Source: Paludibacteraceae bacterium (GTDB taxonomy: Bacteria; Bacteroidota; Bacteroidia; Bacteroidales; Paludibacteraceae). Taken from it: a stretch of DNA of 64,000 bases. Below, piece by piece: positions 57,448 to 64,000 of this stretch. The stretch is from the NCBI GenBank assembly GCA_045642085.1, contig JAZUIF010000107.1, positions 267-64,266 of the forward strand, in the 5' to 3' direction. A model generated the notes under the pieces. It saw only the letters and a program-made list of their open reading frames with translations, did no database searches and was not told the origin of the DNA. The number at the start of each line of letters is the position of its first letter. The first letter of the stretch is position 1. Made by a program: the position numbers and the translations under genes.

Positions 57448-58350
57448 ATGTATAAACTATTAGTTCTCGATATCGACGGTACTCTTACAGATTCAGCGAA
57501 AAACATTTCTAGAACGACTAAACGTGCGTTAAGACGTGCGCAGAACAAAGGGGTCAAGATTGTCTTGGCTAGTGGTCGACCAACTCCAGGAATAGTACCT
57601 GTCGCAGAAGCGTTGGGATTTGCTGAGCATGGAGGCTATATTCTTTCGTTTAATGGAGGAAAAATCATTGATTATCAGACAGGCAAGACAATCTTTGAGA
57701 GCGTATTGCCAGGAGAGATGATTCCTATGCTATATGATGACTCCCGTGCAAATAACGTTTCCATTATATCTTATGATGCGACATCAGTGTTGACTGAGAC
57801 TCCAGAAGATGAATACATCATCAAGGAGGCTAAGCTAAACAAGATGCCGATCACAAAAGTGGAGAGCTTTATCGAGGCAGTGCAACATCCAGTGACAAAA
57901 TGTTTGATGACAGGTCACGCAGAGCATCTTGCTCAAGTGGAGCAGAAAGAGAAGAGCAAGTATGGTGAGAAGTTGAGCATCTATCGTTCTGAGCCATATT
58001 TCTTGGAGATTATGCCAAAGGGAATTGACAAAGCACAGTCGTTGCAACGTCTGCTAGACCATCTTGGCTTGACAAGAAACGAGATGATCGCTTGTGGAGA
58101 TGGATTCAATGATTTGTCTATGATCAAGTTTGCAGGCTTGGGTGTGGCAATGAGCAATGCTCAGAAAATCGTGAAGAGAAATGCTGATTATATCACATTC
58201 ACAAACGATGAAAATGGTGTGGCTCATGTCGTCGACAAATATATTTTAGGAAAGAATAAGCAGAGACAGCTTGAGTGGAAAAAGAATTTGCGATGGTCAA
58301 ACATTTCAGCAAAGTTGTATAAGTACACTCATCGTCTACAGAATAAATAA
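57448..58350 (+). CDS. Cof-type HAD-IIB phosphatase
   Basis: Motif I DIDGTLT, motif IV GDGFNDLSM; start at MYKLLVLD. Confidence 0.88.
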   Translation: MYKLLVLDIDGTLTDSAKNISRTTKRALRRAQNKGVKIVLASGRPTPGIVPVAEALGFAEHGGYILSFNGGKIIDYQTGKTIFESVLPGEMIPMLYDDSRANNVSIISYDATSVLTETPEDEYIIKEAKLNKMPITKVESFIEAVQHPVTKCLMTGHAEHLAQVEQKEKSKYGEKLSIYRSEPYFLEIMPKGIDKAQSLQRLLDHLGLTRNEMIACGDGFNDLSMIKFAGLGVAMSNAQKIVKRNADYITFTNDENGVAHVVDKYILGKNKQRQLEWKKNLRWSNISAKLYKYTHRLQNK

Positions 58351-58379
58351 TTAATGTAAACCTTATTAACTACTTGGAT

Positions 58380-58832
58380 ATGAAGTTCTTCAGACAATAT
58401 GGTCTTTCAATAGTGGTGGCATTATTAATCATGAATATGTGCATGATGCCATCATCAAGCGTGCCAACAATCTCATTGGGAGGATGGGTTCCCGACTGTT
58501 TACGTGCTTTAGCTGATTTTGTAAAAGCAAACCTTGATAAGTTTGCCCATTTCACATTCTTCCTTGTGTTTAGTTTTGCTCTTGGCCACGACCTATGGGT
58601 ACAAAGAGTAGACTTCTCAACTAGCAAGATGAAGTTTTGGGCAATCGTAGTTCCGATTCTATATGGTGGATTGATTGAAATCATGCAAGCCACACTTACC
58701 ACTTCTCGTTCAGGAGACATTGTGGATTTAGGATTTGACACTTTAGGCACATTTTGCGGATTCTTCATCGCTATGACATTTGTCCCAAAATGGTTTGAGA
58801 GAGAGAATACTGGAGGAGCAAGATGCAATTAA
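58380..58832 (+). CDS. VanZ-like small membrane protein
   Basis: DKFAHFTFF and EIMQ..SRSGDIVD motifs; overlaps the patatin start; the mirror ORF on the minus strand is rejected. Confidence 0.65.
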   Translation: MKFFRQYGLSIVVALLIMNMCMMPSSSVPTISLGGWVPDCLRALADFVKANLDKFAHFTFFLVFSFALGHDLWVQRVDFSTSKMKFWAIVVPILYGGLIEIMQATLTTSRSGDIVDLGFDTLGTFCGFFIAMTFVPKWFERENTGGARCN

Positions 58833-59668
58833 AGCAAGTGGATTTAACAAAATATGCTCTTGTGCTTGAAGGCGGAGGAATGCGTGGAGTATTCACTGCC
58901 GGAGTATTAGACTATTTTCTCGACAGCCAAATAGAGTTTCCATACGCAATCGGTGTTAGTGCCGGAGCTGGCAACGTGTTGAATTTCATGTCAAAACAAC
59001 GTGGCCGAACTAAAACAATGGATATCGACTATCTTGAGAAATACAACTACATAGGTATTGGCACTCTTCTTCGTACAGGAAACATCATGGATTTCGGTTT
59101 ACTGTTCGACAAATTTCCCAACGTCATTTATCCATACGATTTCCAGACCTACCTCAATAATCCAACCAAATGCGAGGTTGTGGCTACAGATATAGAGACG
59201 GGAGAGGCTGTCTATATGGACGACCGCACAACTCTTGACCGTTTGAACGTTGTTTGTCAAGCATCATGCAGTTTGCCGTTCGTCTGCAAAATCACAGAAT
59301 TGGATGGAAAGAAATTTCTTGACGGAGGTATCGCAGATGCCATCCCGTTTGAGAGAGCGATGAACCAAGGTTATGATAAATGTGTGGTGATTCTTACTCG
59401 CCCTCACGGATATAGAAAGAATCCCAATGGAATGAAATTTCCTAAATTCATCTATAAGAAATATCCCAAGCTACAGGAGAAACTTCGTCGCAAGAATCTT
59501 GAATACAATATCTTGATGGACAAGATTGAAGCCATGGAGAAGACAGGTGAGATTATTGTCGTTCGTCCTGTCGACGTGAAAGGCGTAGATAGATTAGAGA
59601 AGAGTCCGGAAAAACTAACCGCTCTCTACAACCACGGATACGAAGTGGCAAAGGAGATGTTTGGATAA
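58823..59668 (+). CDS. Patatin-like phospholipase
   Basis: GGGMRG oxyanion motif, GVSAG nucleophile elbow, DGG Asp motif. Confidence 0.9.
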   Translation: MQLKQVDLTKYALVLEGGGMRGVFTAGVLDYFLDSQIEFPYAIGVSAGAGNVLNFMSKQRGRTKTMDIDYLEKYNYIGIGTLLRTGNIMDFGLLFDKFPNVIYPYDFQTYLNNPTKCEVVATDIETGEAVYMDDRTTLDRLNVVCQASCSLPFVCKITELDGKKFLDGGIADAIPFERAMNQGYDKCVVILTRPHGYRKNPNGMKFPKFIYKKYPKLQEKLRRKNLEYNILMDKIEAMEKTGEIIVVRPVDVKGVDRLEKSPEKLTALYNHGYEVAKEMFG

Positions 59669-59704
59669 ACTGATAAAAAGTTATAATTAAACAACCATAG
59701 GATA

Positions 59705-60418
59705 ATGAAGAAAAGTTTAATATCGGTAGCAGGTTCACTATTGTTGTTATCTGCTTGTTGCGGTGATAAATGTAATGAGAAGCAGCAGTGTCAGGCAGTA
59801 GCTCCAGCACAGACAGCATCACTAGCCGTTCAGTCTGGCATCGCATATAGCGACACTACACTAAACAAGAAAGAAGGAAAAAGCGTGCTTGTCATCAGCT
59901 CAAGTCCACGTAAAGGTGGCAACACCGATATCCTTGCAGATGCTTTCGTGAAGGGAGCTGAAGAGGCAGGTGGAAAGGTAGAGAAGATCTTCTTGGCAGA
60001 CTCAACACTTGTATTTCTTTCAGAGGAGGGAGCAAACAAGCCAAAGGAGGTAAGCCGTGACAACGCAACTGGCCGCATCATAGAAAAATTCTTGGCTGCA
60101 GATGTTGTTGTGCTTGCAGCTCCAACATACTATATGAACGTCAACGACAGAATGAAGACATTCATCGACGCAACATATCTTGCATTTGGTGACGAAAGAA
60201 TGGGAGGCAAAGAGTACTACTATATCACTGCTTGTGCCGACAGTTCAGACGAAACAGCTGAGTGGTGCTTCAATGGATTCCGTGGCTTCGTGATGTGTTT
60301 GCCAAGTGCAACAGAGCGTGGATACGTACGTGCTAAAGGCATGGGTAGAGTTGGTGCTGTAAAAGGTACAGAGTACGAGACTCAGGCTTACGAGTTGGGA
60401 AAGACAATCAACAAGTAA
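59705..60418 (+). CDS. Flavodoxin-fold NAD(P)H-dependent FMN reductase-like protein with an N-terminal lipoprotein signal and Cys-rich extension
   Basis: LLLSACCGDKCNEKQQC, then VLVISSSPRKGGNT, typical of the FMN_red/flavodoxin_2 families. Confidence 0.75.
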   Translation: MKKSLISVAGSLLLLSACCGDKCNEKQQCQAVAPAQTASLAVQSGIAYSDTTLNKKEGKSVLVISSSPRKGGNTDILADAFVKGAEEAGGKVEKIFLADSTLVFLSEEGANKPKEVSRDNATGRIIEKFLAADVVVLAAPTYYMNVNDRMKTFIDATYLAFGDERMGGKEYYYITACADSSDETAEWCFNGFRGFVMCLPSATERGYVRAKGMGRVGAVKGTEYETQAYELGKTINK

Positions 60419-60517
60419 TCCCCAGGAAACATAAGATGAGCAGGTGCATTGCTACAGCAGTGTGCCTGCATTTGTTTTCTACCGCACATTAGACCAAAAT
60501 AAATCGGCAGAAAGTAT

Positions 60518-60525
60518 TATCTTTG
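60518..60525 (+). promoter_or_regulatory. -7 box TATCTTTG upstream of the outer-membrane protein gene
   Basis: 25 nt upstream of the TTG start at 60551. Confidence 0.4.
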
Positions 60526-60550
60526 CACAACAAATTAAAAAATTAGTGTT

Positions 60551-61321
60551 TTGAGTGTATCTAAATTCCTTATAATAAGTCTATTGGCAACATTAGCATT
60601 GCCACTATCCGCACAGGAGAATATAAAAACTGAGAAGCCTAAAGAGAAAATTGCGTCGGGATTCATTTCTGCTGGAGGATCCTTAAGTTCAGGAAATATC
60701 AATAAAGCAGATGTCAAGGCGACGGGAGGAATGTCAGTGGCAGACAGTACACTCGAATTCGTGATGGGTGGAAAATACACCTATTCCGAAAGCGAGCATA
60801 AGACAAAGAACAACGGCATTGAATTACATTCCAAAATCGATTTCATGCCATACAGAAAATGGTCGCCGCTAATCGCTTTCGAGTATTTACACAACACCTA
60901 CAAAGGCTACAACTACAGATTGGACGCAGTGGCAGGAGCAAAGTTTAATATCTGCTCCAAACCAAATATTTACGACTACTCCATCAGTTTGGCCGGGCTT
61001 TACGACGTCGTCGACTATACTGACGACAAGAAAACATTGGATGATAATGCATTCCGTCTTTCACTCCGACCAAAGATAAAGCAACAAATCGGACCAACAG
61101 TCTACTTAGTGGAGAAATTCTTCTATCAGCCAAAAATCAACGAGTTCAGCGACTATTTGTTGAAGAATGAAACTGAATTAGAGTGCAAGATCACCAAGAT
61201 TTTCTACCTAAGTGTCGTATATGAGTACGACTACCGCAGTATCCTGCCACCAATTAAAGAGAACCAGACATACGAGCACAGCGACCACTCGTTGGAAGTG
61301 TCATTGAAAATAAAACTGTAG
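60551..61321 (+). CDS. Putative outer-membrane beta-barrel protein (DUF481-like), TTG start
   Basis: Signal peptide ending LSAQ; alternating beta-strand pattern; aromatic-rich C-terminal strands. Confidence 0.5.
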   Translation: MSVSKFLIISLLATLALPLSAQENIKTEKPKEKIASGFISAGGSLSSGNINKADVKATGGMSVADSTLEFVMGGKYTYSESEHKTKNNGIELHSKIDFMPYRKWSPLIAFEYLHNTYKGYNYRLDAVAGAKFNICSKPNIYDYSISLAGLYDVVDYTDDKKTLDDNAFRLSLRPKIKQQIGPTVYLVEKFFYQPKINEFSDYLLKNETELECKITKIFYLSVVYEYDYRSILPPIKENQTYEHSDHSLEVSLKIKL

Positions 61322-61324
61322 GAT

Positions 61325-61408
61325 TGCATACTCTATCATGCAGAATTTGGAGAAAAATGCATACTCTATCGTGCAATTTTCTACAAATATTGCATAGTCT
61401 ATCGTGCA
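61325..61408 (+). repeat. Three 18-bp near-palindromes, TGCATACTCTATC(A/G)TGCA, spaced exactly 33 bp apart
   Basis: Copies at 61325-61342, 61358-61375 and 61391-61408; the third is enclosed by the 11-bp inverted repeat 61377-61387 / 61419-61429. Confidence 0.85.
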
Positions 61409-61414
61409 ATTATA

Positions 61415-61422
61415 TATTTTTG
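61415..61422 (+). promoter_or_regulatory. -7 box TATTTTTG upstream of the first DUF4143 ATPase gene
   Basis: 16 nt upstream of the ATG at 61439; overlaps the right arm of the inverted repeat. Confidence 0.4.
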
Positions 61423-61438
61423 TAGAAAATTATACGTT

Positions 61439-62617
61439 ATGAATAATCTGATTGAGACATATAAGTTACTGATTGATAGAGTAAACGTTGATTTTGTGCG
61501 TTATCTACACGACAAAATCAACTGGAATAACAGATTGATAGCCATACTAGGAGCTCGTGGAGTGGGAAAAACCACATTAGTCCTACAGCATATCAAAATA
61601 ACCAATGACGTAGAACACTCACTTTACGTTACAGCAGATGATTTTTACTTCACAACACATAGATTGTTTGATTTAGCTAAAGAGTTTTATCAAAATGGAG
61701 GTAAAAAGCTATATATTGACGAGATCCATAAATATAGTGGCTGGTCTGTTGAGATAAAGAATATATACGATCTTTTGCCTGACCTACAAATCATTTACAC
61801 CGGATCCTCAATTCTTGATTTGGAACAAGGAGGAGCTGATTTAAGCAGAAGAAAGGTGGAATATCATCTAAAAGGACTCTCATTCCGAGAGTTTCTTAAT
61901 CTCACTTTGCATTTAGATCTTCCCACTTATACATTGGAAGAGATAGTAAAAGGGAACGTAAAATTTCCTTATACGGAGTACAGACCATTGGTATATTTCA
62001 AGGAATATTTGGAAACTGGATTCTATCCATTCTTTTTGGAGTCGGACGATTACACCATCCGACTCAGAAGTGTATTAAAGCAGGTTGTGGAGTTTGATGT
62101 ACCGACATTCGCAAAGATGAATGTCAGTTCAAGCGCCAAATTGAAGAAACTGCTTTATGTAATAGCACAAAGTGTTCCATTCAAACCAAATTTCTCCGTT
62201 TTGGAAAGAGAGTTGGGAATATCGAGAAACGCGTTGCCAGACTATTTCATGTATTTGGAAAAAGCGCAGTTGATTACCATGGTGAGAGAGAAAGCCACTG
62301 GCATTAAGATATTAGAGAAAATAGATAAAATCTATTTAAATAATCCCAACCTATCTTATGCACTTACTGATGGCGAACCAAATATCGGGACAATAAGAGA
62401 AAATATATTCATCCAATTTCTACAGGATTTATATCCAATTGTGTCGTCACCATCCCAAGCAGATTTTGAAGTGAACGGATATACGTTTGAAGTAGGAGGG
62501 AAAAACAAGACTTCACATCAGATCAAAGAAATTGAGAATGCTTATCTTGCCAAAGATGACATCGAGTACGCCAGCATGAAAGAGATCCCCCTTTGGATGT
62601 TCGGATTCCTTTATTGA
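61439..62617 (+). CDS. AAA_14/DUF4143 ATPase (COG1373-like)
   Basis: Walker A GARGVGKTT, Walker B LYIDEIH, C-terminal ADFEV..FEVGGK motif. Confidence 0.88.
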   Translation: MNNLIETYKLLIDRVNVDFVRYLHDKINWNNRLIAILGARGVGKTTLVLQHIKITNDVEHSLYVTADDFYFTTHRLFDLAKEFYQNGGKKLYIDEIHKYSGWSVEIKNIYDLLPDLQIIYTGSSILDLEQGGADLSRRKVEYHLKGLSFREFLNLTLHLDLPTYTLEEIVKGNVKFPYTEYRPLVYFKEYLETGFYPFFLESDDYTIRLRSVLKQVVEFDVPTFAKMNVSSSAKLKKLLYVIAQSVPFKPNFSVLERELGISRNALPDYFMYLEKAQLITMVREKATGIKILEKIDKIYLNNPNLSYALTDGEPNIGTIRENIFIQFLQDLYPIVSSPSQADFEVNGYTFEVGGKNKTSHQIKEIENAYLAKDDIEYASMKEIPLWMFGFLY

Positions 62618-62657
62618 TAGTTTTTTCGACGACGGTTATACTACTCAGATTCTTGAT

Positions 62658-62703
62658 TTCATCGAATATATTCTATAAAAACGCCATATTTTCATCGAAT
62701 ATA
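62658..62703 (+). repeat. Direct repeat TTCATCGAATATA x2, 33 bp apart
   Basis: Copies at 62658-62670 and 62691-62703. Confidence 0.75.
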
Positions 62704-62733
62704 ATCGACAAAATGAACTGTAATGCATAGGGT

Positions 62734-62780
62734 TTGCCTACTCTTTTTTCACTTTCATGCCAAATCTTGCCTACTCTTTT
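62734..62780 (+). repeat. Direct repeat TTGCCTACTCTTTT x2, 33 bp apart
   Basis: Copies at 62734-62747 and 62767-62780. Confidence 0.75.
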
Positions 62781-62846
62781 TACATTTTATATATATTTTG
62801 TGTCTAAAATATAGGCATTTATGAAGTAGACTATATAGCAGTTATC

Positions 62847-62943
62847 CAAAATGAGGATTGTTAAGGGCCCATGTTTTGGATCCTAACTCACTTTTCAACG
62901 CGAGTCCGGAGGTCGAGCGTATTAAAAAAACGTGTTTGGACAA
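62847..62943 (-). repeat. Copy B of the ~95-bp dispersed element (inverted relative to copy A)
   Basis: The reverse complement starts TTGTCCAAACACG and ends CCCTTAACAATCCTCATTTTG, as at 16847-16939. Confidence 0.6.
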
Positions 62944-62946
62944 TTA

Positions 62947-64000
62947 TCACCACTCTCCTACAACCTCTTCATTTGATGAGAAAAACATGATGTAATATAT
63001 TGGCATATAAGTAATTTCCGATTCACTAAAGACTTCTCTTTCATTACTTAACACATACGCTTCATGTATGTTGTAGTTTTTTATCTTAAGGAAATGATCA
63101 AGAGCACTATGGATCTTATAGTCTTTGCCAGACTTAATCTCTAATGGCATAGTAGAAAGATTTTTAGAGTCATCAACAAGAAAATCCACTTCCCCGTTTT
63201 TCTTGTTGTCATAGTAGAAACATCCATTTCCGTGTGCTGTTAGTTCCCCCGCAACAAATGTTTCGTACACAGCTCCAAGATTTACACTACACTCATCATC
63301 CATCACTGCCTTTATATTATTGCGAAAAAGTTTGGCTGTCAACATACCGACGTCATTCATATAGAGTTTTAAAAGATTCTTCCCTTCATTTTGACTTAAT
63401 GGATATGATGGTTGACTGATAGCTTTGCACTCTACTGTTATGCCTGAAGCCACAAGATATTCAAATTCATCTTCATAGTCGGACATTCGTTTGGCAACTT
63501 TGTCTTCTATATCCTTGACCACAACCCTTTTCTTTTTGTTCTCCATAAGCGACGGAACCATATTAAAAATACGCTGAATTTTTAACTTTCGTCCCGACTC
63601 AATTTCGTATTTTGCGGCATCATTCAAGTAAAGGTCATGTATATCGCTATGTATCTGACGTATTTTCATTATATTGTGATCCGCCACGAAACTGTTTACA
63701 GCATCCGGCAAACCTCCAACAAGCAGATATTTCCTGAGTAGATCCATAATTCTGTTGTGCATACCTTCATTCAAACTCTCCCTTTTGCTGAATGAATTAC
63801 GCATACTATCTATCGCAAGTTCTCCTACTCCATTTGCCCACAAAAATTCTTCAAAATCTAATGGGAACATCCTTATACGCTCATAACTTCCTCCTGGAAT
63901 AGACTGCGTCTTTTTTAAAGTGATTCCTAATTGAGAACCACTGGCGATATACGTGAATTTATTCTCTTGCATTAAAAACTTCACAAGTGTAAGAAGATGA
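62947..64000 (-). CDS. Second AAA_14/DUF4143 ATPase; the 5' end runs off the window
   Basis: The frame stays open to position 64000, so the track start (GTG at 63984) is probably internal; C-terminal VDFLV..LEIKSGK motif; the Walker A region is not in the window. Confidence 0.85.
   Translation of the reverse strand, partial: HLLTLVKFLMQENKFTYIASGSQLGITLKKTQSIPGGSYERIRMFPLDFEEFLWANGVGELAIDSMRNSFSKRESLNEGMHNRIMDLLRKYLLVGGLPDAVNSFVADHNIMKIRQIHSDIHDLYLNDAAKYEIESGRKLKIQRIFNMVPSLMENKKKRVVVKDIEDKVAKRMSDYEDEFEYLVASGITVECKAISQPSYPLSQNEGKNLLKLYMNDVGMLTAKLFRNNIKAVMDDECSVNLGAVYETFVAGELTAHGNGCFYYDNKKNGEVDFLVDDSKNLSTMPLEIKSGKDYKIHSALDHFLKIKNYNIHEAYVLSNEREVFSESEITYMPIYYIMFFSSNEEVVGEW

Noticed and set aside
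58370-58828. 152-aa minus-strand ORF mirroring the VanZ-like gene
   Set aside because: The plus-strand frame has VanZ-type motifs and membrane helices and overlaps the patatin start in operon fashion. The minus frame has no features.
58823-59668. Patatin-like phospholipase considered as a CBASS-type or other defence effector
   Set aside because: There is no cyclase/nucleotidyltransferase, sensor or other defence partner nearby. Its neighbours are the HAD phosphatase, the VanZ-like protein and the flavodoxin-like protein.

Overview
This 64-kb chromosomal segment looks like a Bacteroidota genome (Bacteroidales, Prevotella-like). The evidence is a type III glutamine synthetase, the DUF6089-uppS-bamA-ompH-murI block, several T9SS C-terminal sorting domains, and TAnnTTTG -7 boxes 17-45 nt upstream of many starts. 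I call about 50 protein genes, three tRNAs (Leu-CAA, initiator Met-CAT, Trp-CCA) and rpmH (52 aa, absent from the ORF track). Most genes are housekeeping: metG, aroC, two slyD-like FKBPs, glnN, rdgB, argB, hflX, recA, tilS, a purF-like gene, cdaA, a lolD-like gene, comF, dnaG, uppS, bamA, three ompH and murI. Secreted glycan-active enzymes lie between them, outside any SusC/D locus: a 2630-aa GH8 protein with a T9SS type B domain, a GH16, a GH30-like enzyme and a double GH26. There is also a PorZ-like protein. Accessory-looking loci are few. They are a lone WYL regulator next to tRNA-Leu, a Fic gene bracketed by a 33-bp direct repeat, a YD-like repeat lipoprotein behind a 650-bp non-coding stretch with a candidate sRNA, and two convergent AAA/DUF4143 ATPases surrounded by 33-bp-phased repeats. 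I recognised no rRNA, CRISPR array, transposase, integrase, phage gene or complete known defence system. I did not find a convincing multi-gene novel system; the findings are leads read from the sequence by eye, not demonstrations.
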